Shown piece by piece: positions 9,214 to 20,032 of a DNA stretch of 62,855 nucleotides. The stretch spans positions 1 through 62,855 of the forward strand of contig CALWHR010000161.1 in NCBI GenBank assembly GCA_944380455.1, written 5' to 3'. A program made the translations under genes and the position numbers. Below the pieces are notes generated by a model. That model worked only from the letters and a program-made list of their open reading frames with translations. It was not told the DNA's origin and searched no databases. Within the stretch, counting starts at the first letter, position 1. Every line of letters starts with the position of its first letter. Source of the DNA: an uncultured Clostridia bacterium. Its GTDB lineage: Bacteria > Bacillota > Clostridia > Lachnospirales > Anaerotignaceae.

Positions 9214-12200
9214 ATGTCCAAGATTATGAAAACCATGGACGGTAATGAGGCAGCTGCTTATACTTCGTATGCTTTTACTGAAGTAGCTGGCATTTTTCCT
9301 ATTACACCGTCTTCACCAATGGCTGAGCACACAGATGACTGGGCTGCTAACGGAAAGAAAAATATTTTCGGCCAGAGCGTTAAAGTTGTTGAAATGCAGT
9401 CAGAAGGAGGCGCTTCAGGTACCGTACACGGTTCCCTTGCGGCAGGCGCCCTTACAACTACTTATACAGCAAGCCAGGGTCTTCTTCTTATGATTCCTAA
9501 TATGTATAAGATAGCCGGCGAGCTTCTTCCGTGTGTGTTTCATGTAAGTGCCAGAGCACTTGCAAGCCATGCCCTTTCTATATTTGGCGACCATTCCGAT
9601 GTTATGGCATGCCGTCAAACAGGCTTTGCGCTTTTAGCTTCAAACTCCGTACAGGAGGTTATGGATTTAGGTGCTGTTGCACATTTAAGTACAATTAAAG
9701 GAAGAGTACCTTTCCTTCATTTCTTTGATGGTTTCCGTACATCACACGAAATTCAGAAAATAGAGTGTCTTGACTATGATGATTTAGCTAAAATTGTAGA
9801 TATGGACGCTGTAAACACATTTAAGAGAAATGCCCTTAATCCTGAGCATCCAGTATTAAGAGGTACAGCTCAGAACCCGGATATTTTCTTCCAGGCAAGA
9901 GAGGCTTGCAACCCTTACTATGAAAATATAGTAGGTGTTTGCGAGGAGTATATGGCTAAAATCAGCGCTCTTACAGGCCGTGACTATAAGTTATTTAACT
10001 ACTATGGCGACCCTGAGGCCGACAGAGTAATTATAGCTATGGGCTCAGCCTGCGAGGCTATAGAAGAAACAATTGACTATTTAAGAGCTAAAGGCGAGAA
10101 GGTAGGTCTTGTTAAAGTTCATCTTTACAGACCATTCTCAGCTAAACACCTTATAGATGCTATTCCAAAAACAGCTAAAAAGATTGCTGTTCTTGACAGA
10201 ACAAAAGAGCCAGGCGCTCTTGGCGAGCCTTTATATCAGGACGTATGTACAGCTATGTTTGAGGCTAAGGAACAGCCAATGATTGTTGCCGGCCGTTACG
10301 GACTTGGTTCAAAAGACGTTACACCTGCTCAGTTTATAGCTGTTTATGATAACCTTAAGCTTGACGCACCAAAGAGTCACTTTACAATAGGTATTGTAGA
10401 TGATGTTACAAATCTTTCACTTAATGTAGGCGCTGAGGTTAACGTAACAGAAGGCGACGGAACAATAAGCTGCAAGTTCTGGGGTATTGGTTCTGACGGT
10501 ACTGTAGGTGCAAACAAAAACTCAATTAAGATTATAGGTGACCATACAGATATGTACGCTCAGGCGTATTTCTCATACGATTCCAAAAAATCAGGCGGTG
10601 TAACACAGAGCCACCTTCGTTTTGGCAAAAAGCCTATACGCTCAACATATCTTGTTAAAACAGCAGACTTTGTTGCCTGCCACAAACAGGAATATGTAAA
10701 CCTTTATGATATGTATTCAGAGCTTAATAAAGGCGGCACTTTCCTCCTTAATACAGAGTGGCCTGTAGATGAGCTTGACAAACATCTTCCGGCAGCTATG
10801 AAGAAATATTTTGCTGAAAACGATATTAAGTTCTATGTAATTAACGGTACAGATATTGCAAGAGAAATCGGACTTGGAAACAGAGTAAACTCCGTTTTAC
10901 AGGCAGCATTCTTTAAACTTGCAAACATTATACCTATAGATGAAGCTGTTGAGTATATGAAAGCCGCTATTAAAAAGACATACGGCAAAAAAGGCGATGC
11001 TATACTTAACATGAACTATGCCGCTGTTGATCAGGGTGCACAGAAAGTTGTTAAGGTAGAAGTTCCTGAAAGCTGGAAAAATGCTGTTGACGAAAACGCA
11101 GGCGCTAAGAAAGAAGTACCTGAGTTTATTAAAAATATTGTTGAGCCTATTAACGCACAAAAAGGCGACAGCCTTCCTGTAAGCGCATTTAAAGGCCGTG
11201 AAGACGGTACATTCCCACAGGGTACAGCAGCTTACGAAAAGAGAGGCGTTGCTGTAGACCTTCCAAAATGGGATGTTACAAAGTGCGTTCAGTGTAACCA
11301 GTGCTCTTTTGTATGCCCTCATGCAGCAATTCGTCCTTTCCTTCTTACAGAGGATGAAGTTAAAAACGCACCTGAAGGCTTTGATACAAAGAAAGCCATT
11401 GGTAAAGGCCTTGAAAACTATCAGTTCAGAGTACAGATTTCAGCTCTTGACTGCTTAGGCTGCGGAAGCTGTGCTAATGTATGTCCTGCTCCTGGCAAAG
11501 CCCTTACTATGGTTCCTGCTTATACACAGGAGAAAGAAGCAGCTAACTGGGATTATGCTATGAATCTTTCTGTTAAAGAAAATGTTATGGCTAAAAACTC
11601 AGTTAAAGGCAGCCAGTTTGTTCAGCCGCTTCTTGAGTTCAGCGGTGCATGTGCAGGCTGCGGCGAAACACCTTACGCTAAGCTTATAACACAGCTTTTT
11701 GGTGACAGAATGTATATTGCTAACGCAACAGGCTGTTCATCAATCTGGGGCGGCAGCGCACCTTCAACACCTTATACAACAAACCATAAGGGACATGGTC
11801 CTGCCTGGGCTAACTCACTTTTCGAGGATAATGCTGAGTTTGGTCTTGGTATGGCTCTTGCTGTTAAACAGATGAGAGAAAGACTTAAAGCACAGCTTGA
11901 AAAACTCAGAAGTGTTCAGGGCTGTGAAGTTATGGCAGAGCGCGTTGATGAGTGGATTGCCACAATGAACGACGGCGAAAAGAACAAACAGGCAACAGCA
12001 GACCTTATTGAGCTTCTTGAAAACTACAATGGTGCAAATGCTGAAGCTCAAGAGATTATAAACGATGTTCTTAAAAACAAAGACCAGCTTGCTAAAAAGA
12101 GCCAGTGGATATTCGGCGGTGACGGCTGGGCTTACGATATCGGCTACGGCGGACTTGACCATGTTTTAGCTTCCGGCGAAGATATTAACGTATTTGTATT

Positions 12201-12747
12201 TGATACAGAGGTTTACTCAAATACAGGCGGACAGTCATCAAAGGCTACACCTGCCGGCGCTGTTGCACAGTTTGCTGCAAGTGGTAAGAAAGTAAGAAAG
12301 AAAGACCTTGGCATGATGGCTATGAGCTACGGCTATGTATATGTAGCACAGGTAGCTATGGGTGCTAACCAGGCACAGCTTGTTAAAGCTCTTATGGAGG
12401 CAGAGGCTTACCCAGGTCCTTCACTTGTAATTGGTTATGCTCCATGTATCAACCATGGTATTAAGATGGCTAATTCACAGCTTGAAATTAAGAAAGCTGT
12501 TGAGGCAGGCTACTGGCACTGCTACAGATTCAACCCTGCTCTTAAAGCAGAGGGCAAAAATCCATTTACTCTTGACTCTACACCAGAGCCAAAAGGCGAT
12601 TTCCAGGAGTTCATAAAAGGCGAAGTTCGTTATTCATCACTTTTAAGAACATTCCCAGAATTAGCACAGGAACTTTTTGCTAAGGCTGAAGCAGACGCTA
12701 AAGAAAGACTTGAAAAATATAAAAAACTTGCAGCAGGAGAAATGTAA
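9214..12747 (+). CDS. nifJ: Pyruvate:ferredoxin (flavodoxin) oxidoreductase
   Basis: MDGN, FPITPSS, MQSEGG, two CxxCxxCxxxCP clusters, GACAGCGE, GDGWAYDIG; start ATG 9214. Confidence 0.97.
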   Translation: MSKIMKTMDGNEAAAYTSYAFTEVAGIFPITPSSPMAEHTDDWAANGKKNIFGQSVKVVEMQSEGGASGTVHGSLAAGALTTTYTASQGLLLMIPNMYKIAGELLPCVFHVSARALASHALSIFGDHSDVMACRQTGFALLASNSVQEVMDLGAVAHLSTIKGRVPFLHFFDGFRTSHEIQKIECLDYDDLAKIVDMDAVNTFKRNALNPEHPVLRGTAQNPDIFFQAREACNPYYENIVGVCEEYMAKISALTGRDYKLFNYYGDPEADRVIIAMGSACEAIEETIDYLRAKGEKVGLVKVHLYRPFSAKHLIDAIPKTAKKIAVLDRTKEPGALGEPLYQDVCTAMFEAKEQPMIVAGRYGLGSKDVTPAQFIAVYDNLKLDAPKSHFTIGIVDDVTNLSLNVGAEVNVTEGDGTISCKFWGIGSDGTVGANKNSIKIIGDHTDMYAQAYFSYDSKKSGGVTQSHLRFGKKPIRSTYLVKTADFVACHKQEYVNLYDMYSELNKGGTFLLNTEWPVDELDKHLPAAMKKYFAENDIKFYVINGTDIAREIGLGNRVNSVLQAAFFKLANIIPIDEAVEYMKAAIKKTYGKKGDAILNMNYAAVDQGAQKVVKVEVPESWKNAVDENAGAKKEVPEFIKNIVEPINAQKGDSLPVSAFKGREDGTFPQGTAAYEKRGVAVDLPKWDVTKCVQCNQCSFVCPHAAIRPFLLTEDEVKNAPEGFDTKKAIGKGLENYQFRVQISALDCLGCGSCANVCPAPGKALTMVPAYTQEKEAANWDYAMNLSVKENVMAKNSVKGSQFVQPLLEFSGACAGCGETPYAKLITQLFGDRMYIANATGCSSIWGGSAPSTPYTTNHKGHGPAWANSLFEDNAEFGLGMALAVKQMRERLKAQLEKLRSVQGCEVMAERVDEWIATMNDGEKNKQATADLIELLENYNGANAEAQEIINDVLKNKDQLAKKSQWIFGGDGWAYDIGYGGLDHVLASGEDINVFVFDTEVYSNTGGQSSKATPAGAVAQFAASGKKVRKKDLGMMAMSYGYVYVAQVAMGANQAQLVKALMEAEAYPGPSLVIGYAPCINHGIKMANSQLEIKKAVEAGYWHCYRFNPALKAEGKNPFTLDSTPEPKGDFQEFIKGEVRYSSLLRTFPELAQELFAKAEADAKERLEKYKKLAAGEM

Positions 12748-12785
12748 TATTTTTAATGCTGTAATGTGATATAGTTTAAACTATA

Positions 12786-12826
12786 AAACGGCTTATACTG
12801 CCTTATGGCGGCGTAAGCCGTTTTTT
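12786..12826 (+). terminator. Intrinsic terminator after nifJ
   Basis: AAACGGCTTA...TAAGCCGTTTTTT. Confidence 0.8.
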
Positions 12827-12997
12827 ATTTAACCGGCGGATTATGTTTTAATTTTACGGAATAAAGAATTACGGCATATAACGGCTGTAAATTATGAATA
12901 ATAATAAATATTTATTGTTTTTCGATAAATAATAATTGACAAACAATAATAGGGTAGATATAATGACATTAAAGAAAAGATAGGGAGGACTGGTTTT

Positions 12998-13444
12998 ATG
13001 TGGAATGCTAAAAGGTCTGTTGTGCTTTCCTGTATATGCACTAAAATTGTTATAATATCTGCGGTTTTGTTTTTGCTAAGTGCGCCTTACTGGGTTGGAC
13101 TGTATGTAGACTATGCGTCAAAAAATCCTGATATTAAAAATCCGCTTATTTTTACCGTTTATGCCGCAGGAATTGTTTCACTGGTATTGCTTTTTAGCCT
13201 TAATAAGCTTCTTTCTAACATAAGAAATGAAAATGTGTTTATATTTGATAATGTAAAGCTTTTAAGGGCTATATCATGGTGCTGTTTTGTTGTAGCAGTT
13301 ATACTTTTGTTTTCGGGATTTTATTATATACTGTTTTTGTTCGGCGCTGTTGCTGCCGGATTTTTCGGTTTAATACTGCGTGTAGTTAAAAACGTAATAG
13401 AGCAGGCGGTTATAATCAAAACCGAAAACGACTTTACTATTTAA
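12998..13444 (+). CDS. DUF2975-family membrane protein
   Basis: TM helices, VF..NVKLLR, C-terminal A..IK.END.TI. Confidence 0.8.
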   Translation: MWNAKRSVVLSCICTKIVIISAVLFLLSAPYWVGLYVDYASKNPDIKNPLIFTVYAAGIVSLVLLFSLNKLLSNIRNENVFIFDNVKLLRAISWCCFVVAVILLFSGFYYILFLFGAVAAGFFGLILRVVKNVIEQAVIIKTENDFTI

Positions 13445-13459
13445 CGGGAGGAATTGAAT

Positions 13460-13672
13460 ATGCCTATTATAGTTAATCTTGATGTAATTATGGCAAAGCG
13501 CAAAATTTCTTCCGGCGAGTTAGCCTCACTTATAGGAATTACACCTGCCAATCTTTCTATACTTAAAAATAACAAAGCCAAAGCTATAAGGTTTTCCACA
13601 CTGGAAGAAATTTGCCGTGTTTTAAACTGTCAGCCAGGGGATATACTGGAATATGTGTCTGATGATGAATGA
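13460..13672 (+). CDS. Cro/C1-type HTH regulator (YozG-like)
   Basis: IIVNLDV.MAKRK...NLSILKNNKAKAIRFSTL..IC..L.CQPGDILEY. Confidence 0.88.
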   Translation: MPIIVNLDVIMAKRKISSGELASLIGITPANLSILKNNKAKAIRFSTLEEICRVLNCQPGDILEYVSDDE

Positions 13673-13691
13673 AAATAAAGGAGGTATTGAA

Positions 13692-15341
13692 ATGGATGAT
13701 TTAGCTTCTTTAAGCAATGTAAAAATAGGCGAAAATACTCAGCAGACTGACGAAAAAAAGCAAAAATTTGCTTTTGAAAAGTCAGATGGAATTTTTGCCG
13801 TAATATTTTTTGTGTTAGGCTATTTATATGTTCAGTGGGCGTATCCCTTCAGGCCGGCGCTTTCAACTGCCTTGTTTGTAGTGATGTTTGTTATAACAGG
13901 CATTGTCTACGGGAATATATGCGGCTTTAAGCAGAGCAGAAAATCAGTTCCATATTTGGTTATACTGCTTTTAGGTGCTTTAAGGTTTGTTGTATTTGAT
14001 AATGATTTGCCGGGCGTTATGCTCTTTTTGTTTATAACTTTTATGGCTGTTTACTGGGTTGGTGTTTTTGCTAAAAAGCGTATAGGGACGAATAATGGAA
14101 ATGATAAAATATCTTCTTTGTTTATGTGGGATATTTTAAACCAGCTTTTGAATGTGCCGTTTTCGCACTTTGGCTGTGCTCTTGGAAGTTTAAAAAGCTC
14201 TTTTGGCAAAGGCAGAAACAGCAGTACATCTGGGCAGATTTTGATAGGTATTTTAATCTGTATTCCTGTTGCATTTGTTGTAATCAGCCTTTTAGCCAGT
14301 GCAGATGCGGCATTTAATAATTTAGTGGATATTTTGTATGATATGTTCTTTGGTAAAATATACAGCTCCGTAATTAAGCTTTTTATTGCTATTCCGGTAT
14401 GGTGTTATTTTTTTGGCCTTTTTTACGGCAATTTAAGGAACAGAAGTTTTCAAGGTATTACAGCTGAAAGTGTTGAAAAGGCAAGAAAAGGCATTTGCAA
14501 AATGCCTAAAGCAACAGCATACACTGTTTTAACAGTTATAAATTTAATATATATACTGTTTTTTATATCACAGTCAGCTTATTTGTTTTCAGGCTTTTCA
14601 AACTTGCTTCCTGCGGAGTTTACTTATTCTCAGTACGCAAGAAAAGGATTTTTTGAGCTTTGTGTAATTGCGTTTATTAATTTTGGCATTACTTATCTTT
14701 CATTTGTTATAGTGGAAAGAAACAAAGAAGGCAAAAGGCCTACAGCTTTAACCGTATTTACAATAATGCTTTCGGTTTTTACACTGCTTTTAATAGCAAC
14801 TGCATTAAGTAAAATGGCTATGTATATTAACTGCTACGGTTTAACACGCCTTAGAATTTATGCCTCATGGTTTATGGTTATGCTTTTTATTATGTTTATA
14901 ATTATAATAGCCAAAACTGCCGTAAACTTTAACGCACCAAAAGCAGTGTTTGCAGTATTCTGTATTGGACTTTTTGTGCTGTGTTTTTCAAATATAGATG
15001 GGTATATGACAAAGTACAATATATCAAGGTTTGAAAAAGGCACACTGGATACATTCAGCCCATATGATTACAGAAGTCTTTCGGCAGGCTCTGTGCCGTA
15101 TTTATATGAGTTTTACAGCAATATAACTCCTGACGGGGAGTATATTGGAAAATCTGCATCTGAAAGCGGAAACACAAATAAAGGCGTTATGGCTTTAAAC
15201 TCTGACGAGCTGATACAGTTAAAAACAGATATTGAAATGGTAATTAAAAACGACGAAAGCAATTTTGTTTGGTATAACGGAGATTTTAAGACATTTAATA
15301 TTCAGGCATATAATGCTCAGAAAATAGTTTTTGGCAAATAA
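13692..15341 (+). CDS. DUF4173/DUF4153-family polytopic membrane protein
   Basis: TYSQYARKGFFEL and KM.MYI..YGLT.LR motifs; ATG 13692 behind GGAGG. Confidence 0.75.
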   Translation: MDDLASLSNVKIGENTQQTDEKKQKFAFEKSDGIFAVIFFVLGYLYVQWAYPFRPALSTALFVVMFVITGIVYGNICGFKQSRKSVPYLVILLLGALRFVVFDNDLPGVMLFLFITFMAVYWVGVFAKKRIGTNNGNDKISSLFMWDILNQLLNVPFSHFGCALGSLKSSFGKGRNSSTSGQILIGILICIPVAFVVISLLASADAAFNNLVDILYDMFFGKIYSSVIKLFIAIPVWCYFFGLFYGNLRNRSFQGITAESVEKARKGICKMPKATAYTVLTVINLIYILFFISQSAYLFSGFSNLLPAEFTYSQYARKGFFELCVIAFINFGITYLSFVIVERNKEGKRPTALTVFTIMLSVFTLLLIATALSKMAMYINCYGLTRLRIYASWFMVMLFIMFIIIIAKTAVNFNAPKAVFAVFCIGLFVLCFSNIDGYMTKYNISRFEKGTLDTFSPYDYRSLSAGSVPYLYEFYSNITPDGEYIGKSASESGNTNKGVMALNSDELIQLKTDIEMVIKNDESNFVWYNGDFKTFNIQAYNAQKIVFGK

Positions 15342-15430
15342 AATTAATTATATAAAATAAATAATAAAAAGGCCTATTGCTTAAACAAGTAAAAAGGCCT
15401 TTTTATTGTATTTTGTAATTCTAATGTTAA

Positions 15431-15616
15431 TTATAAGTCAATTTCAAAAACTAAATCCATTTCTTTAATTTTGCCGTAGTCAGTCATGTTTGTAGGTATA
15501 AATCCAACATATCTATAGCCTTTTTGGGCGTATTCCGCTATAATTTCTCTGTGTTCTTCTGACTTTGCACCAAAAAATTTACCTGTATGAACGGTGATAA
15601 ATTCGTATTTCTTCAT
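15431..15616 (-). CDS. DUF4177-like small protein
   Basis: MKKYEF...HREII.EYA.KGYRYVG.IP...DLVFE. Confidence 0.7.
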   Translation of the reverse strand: MKKYEFITVHTGKFFGAKSEEHREIIAEYAQKGYRYVGFIPTNMTDYGKIKEMDLVFEIDL

Positions 15617-15875
15617 TGAGTTTTCCTACGCTGAAATTAAGTGTTTTTGTTTATTTTAACATTTAAAAGCACGTGTTTCAATTTAATTAAGTGCAGTATG
15701 GTGTCTTTCATATACAAAACTAAATGAGTTATGAAAAAAATAAATAAAATATTGCAATATTTTTTGAATTTGTTATAATATTATTATAAAAGAGCGTATG
15801 CGTATTATAAAGTTTATAATGCGTATGCGCTCTTTTTGCATGTATGAATTATTTAATTAACAGGAGGTATGAATT

Positions 15876-16961
15876 ATGTTTGATATGCCGTTATATAAAG
15901 AGCCGGACTTTTCTAAGGAAATGTTTATTAAAGCTCCTGATGCCGTTTTAAAAGAAGTTGAAGCAGACGGTATTGCACCGGAAAATTATCATGCCACAAC
16001 AATTTTTCCGGAGTATTTTAAAATAGAAGGCAAATGGCTTTTAGCTGAGGAAAGCCGCATGGACTGTGTTGCCGTATACAAAAACGGAAAAATAGAAGTA
16101 ATTGAATTCAGAAACCTTAAAAAAGGTGATTTGGTTGTTGTGGGAAGAACGGAGGACACAAGTGAGGGTATATTTGTGTATACCCATGGCTTTGAAAGTG
16201 ACGAGGAATTAAGAGAAGCTTTTTCTTTCCGTCAGAGCAGGTCAAGAGAAACTGCATATTCCAAGGACTATGACAATATATATGAGCTTTTGGAACATGA
16301 AAGAGAATATGGAAATATAGTTTGGGTAATGGGTCCGGCATGTGCTTTTGACGCCGATTCAAGAGAAGCTTTTGCATCTCTTGTTCGTAACGGATATGTA
16401 AACGGTCTTTTGGCAGGTAATGCCCTTGCTACTCACGACCTTGAGGCGTCTTATTTGCAGACGGCATTGGGTCAGAACATATATACCCAGAAAAGTCAGA
16501 TAAACGGACACTATAACCACATTGATACCATAAATAAAGTCCGTGAGTGCGGAAGTATTACAAAATTTGTTGAATATGGATATGCAAAAGACGGTATTAT
16601 ATACGAATGCGTTAAAAACAATGTGCCTTTTGTGCTTAGTGGTTCAATACGTGATGACGGACCTCTTCCAGAGGTTTATGCCGATGTGTATAAAGCTCAG
16701 GACGCCATGAGGAGTATTATAAGAAATGCTACAACAGTTATATGTATGGCTTCGGCACTGCATACAATAGCTACGGGAAACATGACTCCGTCTTTTAGGA
16801 AAGTAAACGGACAAATAAGGCCGGTATACTTCTATTCCGTTGATATTTCAGAATTTGCCGTAAATAAGCTTAAAGACAGAGGAAGTTTAAGTGTTAAAAC
16901 AATAGTAACCAACATACAGGATTTTATTGTAAACATTAAAAAAGGACTTAAAGCAGATTAA
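15876..16961 (+). CDS. TIGR00300/LOR-SDH-family protein (ornithine cyclodeaminase-like, related to ArgZ/AgrE C-terminus)
   Basis: LLAGNALATHDLE, GSIRDDGPLP, LHTIATGNMTP, KLKDRGS. Confidence 0.8.
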   Translation: MFDMPLYKEPDFSKEMFIKAPDAVLKEVEADGIAPENYHATTIFPEYFKIEGKWLLAEESRMDCVAVYKNGKIEVIEFRNLKKGDLVVVGRTEDTSEGIFVYTHGFESDEELREAFSFRQSRSRETAYSKDYDNIYELLEHEREYGNIVWVMGPACAFDADSREAFASLVRNGYVNGLLAGNALATHDLEASYLQTALGQNIYTQKSQINGHYNHIDTINKVRECGSITKFVEYGYAKDGIIYECVKNNVPFVLSGSIRDDGPLPEVYADVYKAQDAMRSIIRNATTVICMASALHTIATGNMTPSFRKVNGQIRPVYFYSVDISEFAVNKLKDRGSLSVKTIVTNIQDFIVNIKKGLKAD

Positions 16962-16970
16962 AAGGCAATT

Positions 16971-16999
16971 AAAAGCCGCCTGATTGAAGGCGGCTTTTT
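16971..16999. terminator. Bidirectional terminator
   Basis: AAAAGCCGCC-TGATTGAA-GGCGGCTTTTT. Confidence 0.8.
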
Positions 17000-17001
17000 G
17001 G

Positions 17002-18147
17002 TTAAATCATTTTAGATGCGTAGGAAAGTATAAGCTTGTCAAAGGCATAATCGTTAGGAACACTTTTAATCATATAATCTATGTTGTTAAGCTGTGTCTG
17101 GGTTAAATAATCGAAGTTTTTCCATGAGTCAAGGTAATAAAGTCTTCTTGCAAGCTGAAAACGCTTTTTCTCATAGTCAGGCAGAGCGAAATACTCGTCC
17201 ATGTAGTTTAAAATATCCTCGCGGCGTTTATCAATGTATCCTTCCACATAAGGCAGAAGGTTTATAATGTGGTCGCTTATTACATAAGAAGTTGAACCTT
17301 TAAGGTTATCAATAAAGCTTCTAAGCTCACGTACTTTGCCGTTTTCGGTTAAGTTTTTGAATGTACCGGCATTATTCATGTCATAAAGAGGAGAACCTTC
17401 CTTCATCATAAATGTACGAATTCTTATAAATTCCGGATTAATCTGTTTCATCACTTTGGCTGTTTTAAAGGCGTTTTTCTCGGTTAAGTCAGCGCCGCCG
17501 TTTCCCGGCATATAAAAAAGATTAATTGTCATTTGTGCTTCTTTAAGCTTTAAACCGGCTTCAAGCTCCTGTTGGGAAGTAAAACCCTTGTTTATTACTT
17601 TAAGAGTTTCGTCACAGCATGTTTCAAAGCCGGAATGTATCATATTTAAGCCGGCAGATTTTAAGTCTTTAAGCTCTTGAACTGATTTTCGGCATATAGA
17701 ATCAGCTCTGCCGTAGGAGGCTATAATTTTAAGCTCCGGAAATTTCTGGGATATTCTTTCAACTATTTTAATCAGTTTTTCCGTTTGAAGCACCATTGTG
17801 TTTCCGTCCTGAAGGAATATGGCTTCCATATTTCCATTTGCCGCCCAATTAAATACCATTGCGTAACATTCCCGCTCTTTATCGGTTTTAAGTGAAAAAT
17901 ACTCGCTGTTTAATGCGGCGGTATTAAATTCGCCGTTAGGCATTAAATGAGAGAGCACACGCTCTTTAATTTCGGCCATTGCATCTATATCTTTTAAGAT
18001 TTCTTCAACAGGTCTTGTTTTAAACTGACAGCCGCGGTAGAGCATACAAAAATTGCATTTATTCCATGGGCAGTTTTCCGTAACTCTTAAAAGCAGGCTG
18101 AAACTGTGCATTGGCGGTCTGTATACGCCGGATTCAAATGTATTCAT
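17002..18147 (-). CDS. Radical SAM protein
   Basis: YRPP...CPWNKCNFCMLY (CxxxCxxC), SDHIIN. Confidence 0.88.
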   Translation of the reverse strand: MNTFESGVYRPPMHSFSLLLRVTENCPWNKCNFCMLYRGCQFKTRPVEEILKDIDAMAEIKERVLSHLMPNGEFNTAALNSEYFSLKTDKERECYAMVFNWAANGNMEAIFLQDGNTMVLQTEKLIKIVERISQKFPELKIIASYGRADSICRKSVQELKDLKSAGLNMIHSGFETCCDETLKVINKGFTSQQELEAGLKLKEAQMTINLFYMPGNGGADLTEKNAFKTAKVMKQINPEFIRIRTFMMKEGSPLYDMNNAGTFKNLTENGKVRELRSFIDNLKGSTSYVISDHIINLLPYVEGYIDKRREDILNYMDEYFALPDYEKKRFQLARRLYYLDSWKNFDYLTQTQLNNIDYMIKSVPNDYAFDKLILSYASKMI

Positions 18148-18189
18148 ATATCCACTCCTTTTGTCTGTTAAAAACGGGCAAAAAAATAA

Positions 18190-18260
18190 AGCGGATAGCG
18201 GGAGTCGAACCCGTCTCTAAAGCTTGGGAAGCTATCATTCTACCGATGAACTATATCCGC
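18190..18260 (-). tRNA. tRNA-Gly (CCC)
   Basis: GCGGATA acceptor stem, D arm, anticodon loop TTCCCAA, GGTTCGACTCC T arm; CCA not encoded. Confidence 0.93.
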
Positions 18261-18357
18261 GTTTATTTAGTTAATTCTATTACTTTTATACTACTTTTTC
18301 AATAGGAAATAGAAAAATTCCCGTTTTCATCTTATAAAAACGGGAATTTAATAGTTA

Positions 18358-19743
18358 TTATCTGTATTTACGGCTTCTTGGTGAAAGTTCTAAATCCTTA
18401 AAATTAGTTTCACGGTAATATTTGAGTCTTTGGCGGCGTTTTTTTCTTCTGTGAGCATACTGTACTCTAATTATTATAAAACGCAGTATAAGCAGTATTA
18501 AAGCCAAACAAATCAGAATTGCCGCGGCAAGCTTAATGCTTATAGGTTTTTTATCACTTGCTTTTGCCATAACTGCTGCTGCCTGCTCTCCTATATCCTG
18601 AGAAGATATGATATCAGTTTTGCCTATTTCTTCATTATTCAAAGTATATGAAACACTGCCTATAACATCGCCTTTGCTTATAGGTACAGAAAGAGTTTCA
18701 GGCAGGCTGATATTTGTTTTAATATCGTTTAAAGAGTAATTTAAAGGCAGTGTTACTGTAACATCAGAAGCGTAGTTTCCTGCGACAGTAAAAGTTTCAT
18801 CTTTTAAAAGACCTTCTTCAACAGCTGTTGTATTTTTGCAAAAGTTTCCGGCTGTGCAAATGTTTTGTGTTTTAAAGTTTTCAAAGCCATAGTCAAAAAG
18901 CTTTATAGTATCGGTATATTCTCCATATCCGGTAGATTTAAGAACAACGGATATTATTTCTGTTCCGTCTTTTTGGGCATAAGCCACAAGGGTGTTGCCT
19001 GCCTGGTCAGTAAAGCCGGTTTTGCCGCCTTCACAGTATTCGTAATAAAAAGCGGAAGCCTCTTTAATAAGCTGAGTTTGACCGTGGAGATAACGTGTTT
19101 CGCTCTGGATATTTGTTGGAGGTATTTCGTAATAGGTGCTTGAAAGCACTTCTTTAAAATGCGGATATTTAAGCAGCTCCTTTGCAATAAGAGCCATATC
19201 ATATGCAGTTGTATAATGGTTTTCGTCGTGCAGGCCGTTGGCGTTTACAAAGTTAGTGTTAAGTGCTCCAAGTTCTTTGGCTCTTTGTGTCATATGCTGG
19301 GCAAAAGCTTCAAGGCTTCCGTCTATATGCTCTGCAACACCGTTTGACACTTCGTTGGCAGATTGCAGCATAATGGCGTACATTGCCTGGTCAACGGTCA
19401 ATTCTTCGCCTTGGTCAATTCCTATATGGCTGCTGCCAGGCTCTATTGAAAATACAGCGTTTTTTGAAAACGTAATGGTTTCTTCCATATCGCAGTTTTC
19501 AAAAGCCAAAAGCATTGTCATGAGTTTTGTAATACTGGCAGGGTATTCCTTTTGATTGATGTTTTTTTCGTACAGGATATCACCTGTATCGGCATTAATT
19601 AAAATAGCTGCTTCGGCATCAAGCTCAAGCTCATCGGCCTTTTGTTTTATTTCGCTTGGAACGGTAAATGCGAAAGACTGTGATGAAGGAAGTATAATTG
19701 ATGAGATAAGAATAAAAAAGGCTATAAGTCTTATTTTTTTCAT
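18358..19743 (-). CDS. D-alanyl-D-alanine carboxypeptidase (peptidase S11)
   Basis: PASITK (SxxK), SAN (SxN), KTG; signal peptide and C-terminal TM anchor. Confidence 0.92.
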   Translation of the reverse strand: MKKIRLIAFFILISSIILPSSQSFAFTVPSEIKQKADELELDAEAAILINADTGDILYEKNINQKEYPASITKLMTMLLAFENCDMEETITFSKNAVFSIEPGSSHIGIDQGEELTVDQAMYAIMLQSANEVSNGVAEHIDGSLEAFAQHMTQRAKELGALNTNFVNANGLHDENHYTTAYDMALIAKELLKYPHFKEVLSSTYYEIPPTNIQSETRYLHGQTQLIKEASAFYYEYCEGGKTGFTDQAGNTLVAYAQKDGTEIISVVLKSTGYGEYTDTIKLFDYGFENFKTQNICTAGNFCKNTTAVEEGLLKDETFTVAGNYASDVTVTLPLNYSLNDIKTNISLPETLSVPISKGDVIGSVSYTLNNEEIGKTDIISSQDIGEQAAAVMAKASDKKPISIKLAAAILICLALILLILRFIIIRVQYAHRRKKRRQRLKYYRETNFKDLELSPRSRKYR

Positions 19744-20032
19744 TATTTAACAGAAACTCCTTTAACGGTTATTATTATTTATATCTGGAATAGAAAGATT
19801 TTATTAAACATGCGGAATAATTTAATAATATTAATGTACCGCAATAATATTTGTTTTAAAATAATTTTTTTACGCTCTACTATTTTGTCCGAATTCGTGA
19901 TACAATTATCTGGCAGTGTAAATAAGAATGGTATAATTAATTTAACCATATTTTATATAATTTACGCAATCTTAATAATTATAACAGATTTTTGTGTATA
20001 ATGTATGAATAAATTGCGGGAAGCTGATTATT

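Noticed and set aside
10897-12616. Antisense and alternative-frame ORFs within nifJ, and similar ones in the RND, HK and AAA genes
   Set aside because: Shadow ORFs of long biased coding sequences, with no RBS or motifs
15620-15640. CAGCGTAGGAA (minus strand) resembling a TPP riboswitch 3' end
   Set aside because: The rest of the aptamer is absent; it is just the RBS region of the DUF4177-like gene
18190-18260. tRNA-Gly as an integration site for an island
   Set aside because: No duplicated tRNA 3' end or tyrosine integrase seen in the window
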